NCBI RefSeq assembly: GCF_000185985.2
Contig: NC_014909.2
Span: forward strand, 690,001-722,000
Direction of reading: 5' to 3'
Length of the DNA stretch: 32,000 nt
DNA from: Candidatus Saccharimonadota bacterium
GTDB lineage: Bacteria > Pseudomonadota > Gammaproteobacteria > Enterobacterales > Enterobacteriaceae
A program made the position numbers and the translations under genes. Positions 17,687 to 27,770 of the stretch are shown here, in pieces. Below the pieces are notes generated by a model that was given only the letters and a program-made list of their open reading frames with translations, did no database searches and was not told where the DNA came from. The first letter of the stretch is position 1. Each line of letters begins with the position of its first letter.

Positions 17687-17796
17687 AATTTTATTTGTTT
17701 TTTGATGCTTGTATGTGTATAAATCGCTATTCAATTTATTGATATTATTAGAATATCATATTTGTTTTAAATATCAGAATATTGTTAATAGTGTAA

Positions 17797-19434
17797 TTAA
17801 ATGATTTGTTTCCATCCTATTATCCAAATAGAAATTCCAAGTGAAAAAATGCAGATAGGTAAAAATGTAGTATATTGATTGTGTATAACCAAATAAATAC
17901 TAACAATAATAAATACTAATCCAATACCGAATAAGAAAAGTACTCGAGTATTGTGTGTGCGTTGTGTTCGTAATTCTATGGTTAAAATGTCTATTTTTTT
18001 ATGTATTTCATTTGAATTTTTGAATTCATTGGATAATAGTGCAGGTAATTCTGGAATTTTATTTATCCAATAGGGCATTTTTTCATTCAACATATATATT
18101 ATATTTGATAGTTTTAATTGTTCTTTCATCCATTGTTCTAGAAATGGTTTGACGGATTCCCACAAGTTAAAATTAGGATACAATTGTCTTACTATACCTT
18201 CAACATATAATAGAGATTTTTGTAACAGAATTAATTGTGGTTGTACTTCCATATTAAAAAATCGAGCGGTGTTAAATAAATATAATAATATATTGCTGAA
18301 TGGAATGTCCTTGAGTGGTTTTTCAAAAATAGGCTCAAATACTGTTCTCATAGCATATTCAAAATCTTCAATGTTGGTATTCATAGGTATCCAACCTGAA
18401 TCTAAATGTAATTCTGCTATTTTTCGATAATCACGATTAAAAAATGCAATAAAATTTGAAGCTAGATAATATTTATCTTTTTTGCCCAAAGAACCCACAA
18501 TTCCACAATCGATGCTGATATATTTTGGGTTCTGAGGATCTTTATGACAAATAAAAATATTTCCAGGATGCATATCGCCATGAAAAAAGCTATCTCTAAA
18601 AACTTGGGTGAAAAATATTTCTAAACCTCTTTCAGCTAATAATTTCATATTGATACCTTTTTTTTTTAATAAACTTTTTTTGTATACCGGAATTCCATAA
18701 ATACGCTCCATAACCATTACATTTTTACTGCAAAAATCTACGTATACTTTTGGGATGTATAGTATATTGCTAGACTTAAAGTTTCTACGCAATTGAATAG
18801 TATTGGCAGTTTCTTTAAGCAGATTGAGTTCATTAAATAAAGTTTTTTCATATTCTGCAATGATGTCTGAAAATTTAAATTTTCGATCTTTTGGTAAAAT
18901 TTTGTAGGTCCATTTTGATAATTTATACATTAATTTAATATCTATTGTAATAATGGGTAAAATTCCAGGTCGAATAACTTTGATTACTATATTTTTTCCA
19001 TTTTTTTTAAATTTTGCGGAGTGTACTTGAGAGATCGATGCAGATGCTAATGGAGTTTCTTGAAAGTCTTCAAACCATGTTTCTAAAGAACTTCCAATAG
19101 ATTTTTCTATATATGTTTTAGCTAAATATCCATCAAAAGGATGTACCCGATCTTGTAGTATTGCTAATTGTTGTGCAATATCATCAGGTAAAATATCATG
19201 ACGAGTAGAAAGCATTTGCCCTAATTTAATCCATATAGGTCCTAGTTCTTGTAATGCTAGACGTAATCGTTCTCCTGGCAATGATTGAGAATGCTGATTA
19301 AATGTGTTTAATAAAAGTTGAATGCCTATTTTTAATGGCAAAATTAATCGATTTATAGGAATGAAATCTAATAGACCATAATTCAGTATTATTTTAATAA
19401 TTAAACAAAACCTATTCCATTCGTTAAAAATCAT
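17797..19434 (-). CDS. ubiB: Ubiquinone biosynthesis atypical kinase/regulator UbiB
   Basis: 545-aa ORF colinear with E. coli UbiB (546 aa). Matching blocks: GERLRLALQELGPIWIKLGQMLSTR, PLASASISQVH, FFHGDMHPGNIF, IDCGIVGSL, FNMEVQPQLILLQK. C-terminal hydrophobic segments are present. Confidence 0.93.
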   Translation of the reverse strand: MIFNEWNRFCLIIKIILNYGLLDFIPINRLILPLKIGIQLLLNTFNQHSQSLPGERLRLALQELGPIWIKLGQMLSTRHDILPDDIAQQLAILQDRVHPFDGYLAKTYIEKSIGSSLETWFEDFQETPLASASISQVHSAKFKKNGKNIVIKVIRPGILPIITIDIKLMYKLSKWTYKILPKDRKFKFSDIIAEYEKTLFNELNLLKETANTIQLRRNFKSSNILYIPKVYVDFCSKNVMVMERIYGIPVYKKSLLKKKGINMKLLAERGLEIFFTQVFRDSFFHGDMHPGNIFICHKDPQNPKYISIDCGIVGSLGKKDKYYLASNFIAFFNRDYRKIAELHLDSGWIPMNTNIEDFEYAMRTVFEPIFEKPLKDIPFSNILLYLFNTARFFNMEVQPQLILLQKSLLYVEGIVRQLYPNFNLWESVKPFLEQWMKEQLKLSNIIYMLNEKMPYWINKIPELPALLSNEFKNSNEIHKKIDILTIELRTQRTHNTRVLFLFGIGLVFIIVSIYLVIHNQYTTFLPICIFSLGISIWIIGWKQII

Positions 19435-20041
19435 TATATTTGCTCTAATTTTTTAAACGTTAATAAAAAATTTTGTTATTATTTTGACATATTGAATATT
19501 TTGATAAAATCACATGTTGGTTATCCCATGATAAATAAAAAGTAAGTTTTATATTTATTAGTAATAGTGAATTATTGTAATATTATACATTAATAATGAG
19601 TTTTCGTTTTTATTTATAAAGATATTATTATTATAATTTATTTTATGAAAGATGTGATGTTTAAGTAATAAAATTGTACGTATTATATCGTATTGTCAAA
19701 TACGTGATTTTATTATAATTTTTCTATATGTTGTTTTTTTGATAAATATTATTGGTCAATTTATTATTGACAATATTAATTATAATTGACTAGTTAAATT
19801 AAAGAACTTAAGTATTTTGATTTGATCACTATTCTCTTACCAAGGAGGAATAGTGATCAAATATTTATTTGTTTTGTAAAGTTGAATATTTATTAAATTT
19901 AAGTTATCGAGTTTTTGTTTAAGCAAGTAACATTTTTATTTGTTTATTTATTAGATGTTGAGCAGTTGTATGTATTGTATTGTTTAGGAAAGTAATGCGA
20001 TTCACGTGTTTAATAAGTATTATTAAATCAGTGCTAATTTT
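19435..20041 (-). pseudogene. ubiJ: Possible fully eroded ubiJ (yigP) remnant
   Basis: The ubiE-ubiB spacer is 607 bp, and E. coli ubiJ (~200 codons) sits exactly here. No ORF >=60 aa. The frame right after the ubiE stop reads ...HVNRITFLNNTIHTTAQHLINKQIKMLLA*, only weakly reminiscent of the UbiJ N-terminus (..GIESLLNTFLYRSPALK..). Size and position are the main evidence. Confidence 0.25.
19821..19861. repeat. Perfect 14-bp inverted repeat inside the ubiE-ubiB spacer
   Basis: tttgatcactattc (19821-19834) is the exact reverse complement of gaatagtgatcaaa (19848-19861). The 13-nt loop tcttaccaaggag overlaps an AAGGAGG (19842-19848) that runs into the first base of the right arm. Confidence 0.85.
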
Positions 20042-20797
20042 TTATTTGTATGCATAATGTAAAACAGCTATTCCACCCGTCATATTTATATATTTGATGT
20101 CTTGGAATCCTGTATTTGCAATCATAGTTTTTAATGTTTCTTGATCTGGATGCATACGAATAGATTCGATTAAATATTGATAACTTTTCATATCTTTTGC
20201 TATTATTGCTCCTATTTTAGGAATAACATGAAATGAGTATAGGTCGTATAATACAGATAATAATTTAAATATAGGTACACCAAAATCTAAAATTAGTAAT
20301 TTTCCACCTGGATTTAAAACTCGATACATTTCAAGTAGTGCTGCTGATTTGTTAGTAAAATTACGTAGGCCAAAAGATACGGCTATTCGATGAAAGGTGT
20401 TATTAGCAAAAGGTAGTGCTTCAGCATCAGCTTGTATGTATTGGACGTTATTCAATATTCCTAAATTTCGTAATTTTTTTCGTCCTATTTTCAACATTTC
20501 AGTATTATTATCTAATAGTACTACTATTCCAGTTTGACCTACTAATTTTGAAAACAAAATACTTAAATCCCCAGTTCCTCCAGCTAAATCTAATACCTTG
20601 CATCCGTAAAATATTTCACTTTGACAAATTAAAAAATGTTTCCAAAGTCTATGTATGCCAAAAGACATGCAGTCATTCATTAAATCATATTTGGTAGCTA
20701 TTGTTTTGAATATAGCATTTACTAAGTATGATTTGATATGTTTATTAACGTTTTGGAATCCAAAATGGGTTGTGTCATCTTTATGTTTATTTTTCAT
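20042..20797 (-). CDS. ubiE: Demethylmenaquinone/ubiquinone C-methyltransferase
   Basis: 251-aa ORF, the same length as E. coli Ubi[44 protein letters not shown] and [12 protein letters not shown] match it closely. Confidence 0.95.
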   Translation of the reverse strand: MKNKHKDDTTHFGFQNVNKHIKSYLVNAIFKTIATKYDLMNDCMSFGIHRLWKHFLICQSEIFYGCKVLDLAGGTGDLSILFSKLVGQTGIVVLLDNNTEMLKIGRKKLRNLGILNNVQYIQADAEALPFANNTFHRIAVSFGLRNFTNKSAALLEMYRVLNPGGKLLILDFGVPIFKLLSVLYDLYSFHVIPKIGAIIAKDMKSYQYLIESIRMHPDQETLKTMIANTGFQDIKYINMTGGIAVLHYAYK

Positions 20798-20826
20798 ACA
20801 TCTTTATGCAATAATGTATATTATAA

Positions 20827-22311
20827 TTAACGCTTGGTTTTATCGTCGGAGAATAATCCGGTTTCATTAGCAAGATTAATGTTATTAGAAACAATTGGAT
20901 GTTTTATTTGAACCCCAAGAGTTCTAAAATTTTCTGCTTGACTAATAATGTTGCCTTTACCTTCAGAGAATTTATTTTTGGCCGAATTATATATAATTTC
21001 TGCTTTATTTAAATATTGTCCGATTTTGTTTAAGTCGTCCATAAATAACTTTAATTTATCATATAATCGTCCAGCTTTTTCTGCAATTTTTTTGGCATTA
21101 AAGTTTTGATGTTCATAGCGCCATAAATTATTGATAGTTCTAAGAGCTATTAGTAATGTGGTAGGACTGACTAACATAATATTTTTATTCATAGCATCTG
21201 TTAATAATGAAGATTCTTTTTCAATAGCTATGGTAAAAGCTGATTCAATTGGAATAAACATTAAAATATAATCAAGTGTATTTAATTGAAATAATTCTTG
21301 ATAGTTTTTCTTGTTTAAGGATTTAATATGGGTGCGTAATGATTGTATATGATCATTAATAGCTAAACGTTTATCTTGTTCATTATTGCTATTGAAATAA
21401 CGTTCATAAGCTATGAGTGATATTTTTGAATCAATGACTACATCTTTACCATGGGGTAAATGCACGATTACATCAGGTTGTAATTTACGTCCATTTATTT
21501 CTTTTGTCATACTGACTTGTAAATGAAATTCATATCCTTCACGCATTCCAGATGCCTCTAATGCTTTAGTTAAAATCATTTCCCCCCAATTACCTTGAAT
21601 TTTATTATTTCCTTTTAAAGCTTGGGTTAAATTAATAGTTTCTTGCGTAATTTTAGTATTTAATTGATGTAATTTATGAATTTCATAAGTTAAATCATGT
21701 CGCATACGTTCTTCTTTAGAAAAATTGTTTTGTATTTGGTTAATAAAAATATTTATTTGTTCTCGAAGTGGATGAAGAATATTATCTAGAGTTAAACGAT
21801 TTTGTTCATTTATTGTATTTCTGTTTTGATCAAAAATACGGTTTGCTAAATTCTCAAATTGCATAGTTAACCGATGTTCATTATTAATCAGTATTTTTTC
21901 TTTGTTTATTGTAGATATTTTATATTCTTCAAATCGAACACATAACTCTTTTAGTTGTAAAGCTTGTTCATGATTAATATTTAATTGAATTTTTAATTCG
22001 TTACATAATCGTTCATATTGGTGGCGATAATGATCTAATGATTTCAAACGTTCTTCTGTTGCAGATAGTTTGCTGTGTAGTTCGTGTATAATATGTGTTT
22101 TGTTGTACAACTTTTTTTCTATTTCATTTCTGAAAGTAGATTCATGTTTTAAATTTTGTAGTGTTGTATTTAAAGATTTTTCGTAAGTTATACAGTTATC
22201 TTTGTATTTTTGAATATTTTTTTTTATTAATTTTTTTGAGAATATATAAAAAAATATTATGCCTATAGCTGTGCCAATTGTGATGTATATAATAATCGAA
22301 ATTATTTTCAT
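20827..22311 (-). CDS. rmuC: DNA recombination protein RmuC
   Basis: 494-aa ORF with an N-terminal TM helix and coiled coil. QFENLANRIF, LREQ, ALKGNNKIQGNWGE, LEASGMREGYE, QPDVIVHLPHGKDVVIDSK, VSPTTLLIALRTINNLWRYE match E. coli RmuC. It lies immediately upstream of ubiE as in E. coli. Confidence 0.87.
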   Translation of the reverse strand: MKIISIIIYITIGTAIGIIFFYIFSKKLIKKNIQKYKDNCITYEKSLNTTLQNLKHESTFRNEIEKKLYNKTHIIHELHSKLSATEERLKSLDHYRHQYERLCNELKIQLNINHEQALQLKELCVRFEEYKISTINKEKILINNEHRLTMQFENLANRIFDQNRNTINEQNRLTLDNILHPLREQINIFINQIQNNFSKEERMRHDLTYEIHKLHQLNTKITQETINLTQALKGNNKIQGNWGEMILTKALEASGMREGYEFHLQVSMTKEINGRKLQPDVIVHLPHGKDVVIDSKISLIAYERYFNSNNEQDKRLAINDHIQSLRTHIKSLNKKNYQELFQLNTLDYILMFIPIESAFTIAIEKESSLLTDAMNKNIMLVSPTTLLIALRTINNLWRYEHQNFNAKKIAEKAGRLYDKLKLFMDDLNKIGQYLNKAEIIYNSAKNKFSEGKGNIISQAENFRTLGVQIKHPIVSNNINLANETGLFSDDKTKR

Positions 22312-23480
22312 ATTTTTTTATGGGTTTGATCAAATTGTATTATCAATATTAGTATATGTTTGTAACATATTATTAAATAAATAAAAATTTATATAATAAA
22401 GTATTTTTTAATAAATTGAATATATAGAATGCGATTTGTTTTATTGTAAATTTAGAAATTGTAGCCTGTCTTTAGTAAGAAGTGTGTTAAAAACTTAATA
22501 ATAATTCCAATTTATTACAAGAGATAATTTTTTTATTTTAAAATTATTGTTGAGATGGTATGTGGTGTTTAAACAAGTGTTGAAACGTTGTATGTGCTGA
22601 ATTTTAGTTTGGATTCATATATATGCATAAAAATAATATCCCTATTACAAGATGAGAATATAAAATAGATTATTGCTTGTGTTATTTAATAATTATTTTT
22701 AAAGTATTTGCAACAATGAAGTTTTGTATTTTAATCAGATAATTTTATGCATACCAATACTATTGTGCAAGAATTTATGTTATATGTTAGTTACAGTTTT
22801 TTGTGAGTATGATTTTATCATAAAAAAGTATGTTGAAATATTTGGTAGATTAGAGTGTAAATTATTTGAAGAAGATATCTAATTTGTACTACTTTGTGTA
22901 TAATATATTCTAATTTCTCTTACTTTTAGTTTATGTGAGATATAAATTATTATAAAAATAAGCAACAGTTGTTTCCAATTTTATTGGAATATACGGTAAT
23001 ATCGTTAATAATTGTTTATTGTAATGATTTTATATATAGATGAAAAATAATTTTCTAATATATTCGCATAACACTTATATCTATATAAGAAGAGATATAT
23101 AATTTTAATTGATTTCTATATATTTTTAAAAATATTTTTTATCTTCTTATAATAAGATTAGGTTAATTTTTATTCTTATAAATAAGAATGTATGAATAAT
23201 ATTTAAATTTTTAAAAAATAAAGATCAGTATTTACTATTAATTTTTATTAGTTGTATCGTTAATATATAACGATTGATAAATATTTATAGTTATTTGTTT
23301 TGGTAAATCTATTTTTTATAGTAATCGAATTTTCGAAATATAAAATACCCAGAAATTGTATTATTATATTTTTTAGATTTAAATTACAAAAACAATGAAG
23401 GTTAATTACTAAATATTAGCAATAATACTGGTATTTTAGAAAATTTTAAAACATCCATATAGATAATTATAATGTCATGA

Positions 23481-25799
23481 TCAATGATTGAGGGAACTGC
23501 GTAATATTTTTGCAGCAGCAACCATATTATGTAATGAATGTTTTGTTTCAGACCATGATCTTGTTTTTAGCCCACAATCAGGATTTACCCATAATTTATC
23601 TTTTGGAATATATTTCAGAAATGTATTCAATTTTTTTACTAAACTAGATATAGAAGGCTTGTTAGTAGAATGAATATCATATATTCCTGGTCCAATTTCG
23701 TTTAAGTATTTTTCTGTATTTTTTTGTATAAATTGTAATAGTTTTAAATCTGATCTAGATGCTTCAATGCTAATGACGTCTGCGTCTAATTTTAAAAGAT
23801 AATGCATTATTTCATCAAATTCAGAGTAGCACATATGAGTATGAATTTGAGTGTCGTTTTGTACTGATGATACAGTTATTTTAAAAGCATGAATAGCCCA
23901 TGTTAAATATTTTTTTTGTTCGGATTTTTTTAAAGGCAATCCTTCTCTGAAAGCTGGTTCATCAATTTGAATTATACTAATTCCAGATTTTTCTAAATCC
24001 ATCACTTCATCTCGTATTGATAAAGCTAATTGTAAAGCCACAGTATGACGTTTTATATCTTCACGTACAAAAGACCAAGTGAGTATAGTAACGGGTCCAG
24101 TTAATATGCCTTTTATTGGTTTTTTTGTTAATGATTGAGCATAATTTATCCATTTTTGGGTAATAGGTTTAGTTCGACTGATGTCTCCAATAATTATTGG
24201 AGGCTTTACACATCTAGATCCATAACTTTGAATCCATCCGTGTTGAGTAAAGGAGAAACCATTTAAGTGTTCTCCAAAATATTCAACCATATCATTACGT
24301 TCAGGTTCACCATGCACTAGAATATCCAAGTCTAATTTTTCTTGTTCTGTAATAATTTGTTTAATATATTGTTCAAGATTAGCATGATAGTGATTTTTGT
24401 TAATTTGATTATTTTTAAATTTTAAACGCAAATTCCTAAGATCTTGGGTTTGTGGAAATGAACCAATAGTAGTTGTAGGATATAATGGTAAATTGAAACG
24501 TTTACGTTGTAATTTGAATCGTATATGATGCGCTGTTTGTCTTGATACAGGCACATCAGAAATATTTTTACAACGTTCTTGAACTTTAGAGTTGTGTATA
24601 AAATCAGAATGTAACCTTGTATTATGAACAGAGTCATAATGTTGTTTAAGTATGTTTATTTTTAATGAATTATTATGATTACGATTATTAAGAGTATCAC
24701 ATAGCATTTTTATTTCAGAACATTTTTGTAGTGCAAAGGAAAACCATGTTTTTATATTATTATTTAAATTGGTTTCTAAATTTAAATCTATTGGGCTATG
24801 TAATAAAGAACAAGAAGAACCTATCCATATCTTACGTTGTGTGATTATAGGATATAATTGTTTAAACCAATAATATAGATTAGTTTTCCAAATATTTTTA
24901 CCATTTATTATTCCGGCGGATAAAACCCAATTTTTTGGTAGTTGTTCATGTAGTAATAATATATTATTATTTTTTTGATTAGAAACTAAATCTACATGTA
25001 ATCCGTCTATTGAGAATTTTTCTATTAAATCTAATTGATGGTAAATACTATCGAAATAAGTTGTGAGTAATATTTTAAAATTGTTATGATGTAATTTTTG
25101 ATAAGCGTAAAGATATGCTTGTTTCCATTCATTTGGTAATTCTAAAACTAAAGCAGGTTCATCAATTTGTACCCAATTTATATTTTTTTTTGATAGGATG
25201 TCTAGGATTTCTTGATATACCAATAACAATGGGGATAATAAAGATAGTTTATCAAATTCTTTTTCTTTTGTTTTTCCAATCCAAAGATAAGTAAGGGGCC
25301 CTAGTATAATTGGTTTAATTGGATGATTATAATATGAAGAAGCTTCATCAATTTCATCAAATAGTTGAGTCCAATTGAGTTTAAATTCTTGATCTTGGAT
25401 AAATTCAGGAACTATGTAATGATAATTTGTATTGAACCATTTTTTCATTTCCGAAGGAATAATGTTAACATTATTTTTTGAATAGCCTCTAGCTATATTA
25501 AACAATATATCTAAATTATTTGTTGTTTGATTCGAAATAGAAGAATAGTATCGTTTTGGTATATTATTAAGCATCATACTTGTGGTAAGGACATGATCAT
25601 ACCAAGCAAAATCTCCAACTGGAATTAAATCTATTCCAGCTTTTATTTGTTGTCCCCAATGTCGTATACGTATCATTTTTCCGATATTTAATAGTTTGTC
25701 TTGATTAATTGTGTTACGCCAATATTGTTCCAGTGCATATTTTAATTCTCTATATAAACCAATTCTAGGAAATCCTAACGTATGACCAAGTACTGTCAT
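23481..25799 (-). CDS. metE: Cobalamin-independent methionine synthase
   Basis: 772-aa ORF colinear with E. coli MetE (753 aa). Matching blocks: HTLGFPRIG, PVGDFAWYDHVLTTS, KWFNTNYHYIVPEF, TTTIGSFPQT, HGEPERNDMVEYFGE, IHTHMCYSEF, WVNPDCGLKTR (Zn-ligand regions intact). Confidence 0.95.
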   Translation of the reverse strand: MTVLGHTLGFPRIGLYRELKYALEQYWRNTINQDKLLNIGKMIRIRHWGQQIKAGIDLIPVGDFAWYDHVLTTSMMLNNIPKRYYSSISNQTTNNLDILFNIARGYSKNNVNIIPSEMKKWFNTNYHYIVPEFIQDQEFKLNWTQLFDEIDEASSYYNHPIKPIILGPLTYLWIGKTKEKEFDKLSLLSPLLLVYQEILDILSKKNINWVQIDEPALVLELPNEWKQAYLYAYQKLHHNNFKILLTTYFDSIYHQLDLIEKFSIDGLHVDLVSNQKNNNILLLHEQLPKNWVLSAGIINGKNIWKTNLYYWFKQLYPIITQRKIWIGSSCSLLHSPIDLNLETNLNNNIKTWFSFALQKCSEIKMLCDTLNNRNHNNSLKINILKQHYDSVHNTRLHSDFIHNSKVQERCKNISDVPVSRQTAHHIRFKLQRKRFNLPLYPTTTIGSFPQTQDLRNLRLKFKNNQINKNHYHANLEQYIKQIITEQEKLDLDILVHGEPERNDMVEYFGEHLNGFSFTQHGWIQSYGSRCVKPPIIIGDISRTKPITQKWINYAQSLTKKPIKGILTGPVTILTWSFVREDIKRHTVALQLALSIRDEVMDLEKSGISIIQIDEPAFREGLPLKKSEQKKYLTWAIHAFKITVSSVQNDTQIHTHMCYSEFDEIMHYLLKLDADVISIEASRSDLKLLQFIQKNTEKYLNEIGPGIYDIHSTNKPSISSLVKKLNTFLKYIPKDKLWVNPDCGLKTRSWSETKHSLHNMVAAAKILRSSLNH

Positions 25800-26088
25800 A
25801 ATTTTTACTCCGTATAATAAAGTTTATAAATATTTTTGATTTATAAGAATGTCAATTGTAGTTCTTTAATTACAATTCCAAATAAATAGAACGAATATTT
25901 AAAAGGTATAAGTTACTTATAACAAAAATAAAATTTTAACTGACATCAATTTTTAGTTAAAAATCTAAACTAATTTAGATTGAAGATATAAATCTGTAAA
26001 CTAAATTTTATTGAATATTTTTAGTTTAGTCAAATGAATCTAGTAAAATATATATGTTCTAATAATTTAACAGTGTCATATGCTATAC

Positions 26089-26943
26089 TTAATTTTGTAT
26101 AATTAACTTCATTTTTTTCATAGCATTTTTTTCTAATTGACGAATACGTTCTGCTGAAACACCATATTGATTAGCTAATTCTTGAAGTGTGGTTTTATTA
26201 TCATTTGTATTTAACCATCGAGCTCGAATGATATGTTGACTACGTTTATCTAAAGAGTTTAAAGCTATGTTGAGTTTATTACTAACTTGGTTGATCCATT
26301 CTTCTTCTTCATCAATCATAGTAACTTTGTCTTGTAAATATAGCATTGGTATAGATAAGATATTTTTTTCGTCATCATCTGAAGATTGTTCAAAAGTCAT
26401 ATCTTGCGCAGCCATTCTAGATTCCATTTCGCGTACATCTTTACAAGTAACGTGCAAGGTTTTAGCGACCATTTCAATTTCTTCTTCATTGAACCAACCT
26501 AAGCGTTGTTTAGTTTTACGTAAATTAAAAAATAATTTTCGTTGAGCTTTAGTAGTGGCAATTTTTACAATACGCCAATTTTTGAGTACGTATTCATGAA
26601 TTTCTGATTTAATCCAGTGTACTGCAAATGATACTAATCGTACATCTAATTCTGGGTTAAATCGGCGCACTGATTTCATTAATCCAATATTTCCTTCTTG
26701 TATTAAATCAGCTTGGGCTAATCCATAACCAGAATAATTGCGAGCAATGTGAACAACAAACCTTAAGTGTGAAACAATCAGTTTTTTAGCGGCATTTAAG
26801 TCACTGTTGTAGTATAGACGTTCAGCTAATTCTCGTTCTTCTTCTGCTGTTAACATGGGGTACAGATTGGTTGCTCGAATGTAAGCTTCTAAAGTTCCTT
26901 GAGGTACTAAACTTATATTTTTGTACATGTTTTCTGCTGTCAT
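26089..26943 (-). CDS. rpoH: RNA polymerase heat-shock sigma factor sigma-32
   Basis: Very high identity to E. coli RpoH ([93 protein letters not shown]). The ORF extends to 27003. Met21 (26943; MTAENMYK...) gives 284 aa as in E. coli and has a GGGGA Shine-Dalgarno just upstream. Confidence 0.95.
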   Translation of the reverse strand: MTAENMYKNISLVPQGTLEAYIRATNLYPMLTAEEERELAERLYYNSDLNAAKKLIVSHLRFVVHIARNYSGYGLAQADLIQEGNIGLMKSVRRFNPELDVRLVSFAVHWIKSEIHEYVLKNWRIVKIATTKAQRKLFFNLRKTKQRLGWFNEEEIEMVAKTLHVTCKDVREMESRMAAQDMTFEQSSDDDEKNILSIPMLYLQDKVTMIDEEEEWINQVSNKLNIALNSLDKRSQHIIRARWLNTNDNKTTLQELANQYGVSAERIRQLEKNAMKKMKLIIQN

Positions 26944-27770
26944 ATATTCCCCTACTAAAATGATTATATGTGTATTGTATATAGAAATAGAAATGCATAT
27001 CATATTTGATGTACAGAATTATATGACATACATGAAATTGTATATGGAGATAAATCTGTTGTTGAATTATTTATAATAATATCTTATATTTCAGGTACAT
27101 AATAGTTAATTATTATTATGTATTAGATTTAATTAATTTAGTACAATGTTGTTATGGTTATGTCGTATCGTATTAGATACGATGTTATTATTTTCCTTTT
27201 TAAGGAACTATTTCTTATAAAATAAATTAAAGTGAATATTTATTCATAGTATGTGAATAAGTATTATATTAAAAAATAGGTGTTTTAGTGTATATAAAAA
27301 TAATATATAAGTTATTTTTATATTATTGATTGTATTAGATATATTGTTCATATATTTATATGATTTTTTAAATTTAATTTAATCAAATAGTAACAATGCA
27401 TTTATTTATATTTAAATTTTATCATCATTTATAAAAATTGAATAGAATTCAATAAAATAATAATATGTTGGGTATGAGGGATAATTTTCTATTTGATTAA
27501 ACTAAATTATTTATTTATTAATAAAAATTATAATTGATCATTATTTTGTGTTTAAGAATGAAATTTGATTTTATATAGATTGTAAAATAAGCTAATTTGA
27601 TAAGTTTATAAATTTAATATTTTTATATTCGTTTATTATGTACATTAGGTTTTGTATAAAAATATATTTTGTAAATATTCTGTAGCACAGAGGTTTTATA
27701 TAATTGCGATTATTTCAACAATGTATAGAAAGATTGTTTATACTATACAAGGAAGGTATAAGTAGGGAAT

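Noticed and set aside
26944-27003. N-terminal extensions of the longest ORFs: rpoH to 27003, ubiD to 17734, pgi to 30310, metA to 31564, dsbA to 16023, dut TTG at 7504
   Set aside because: Internal Met codons align exactly with the E. coli N-termini (and for rpoH give the same 284-aa length with a GGGGA SD). The extensions are hydrophobic or low-complexity read-through of upstream spacer.
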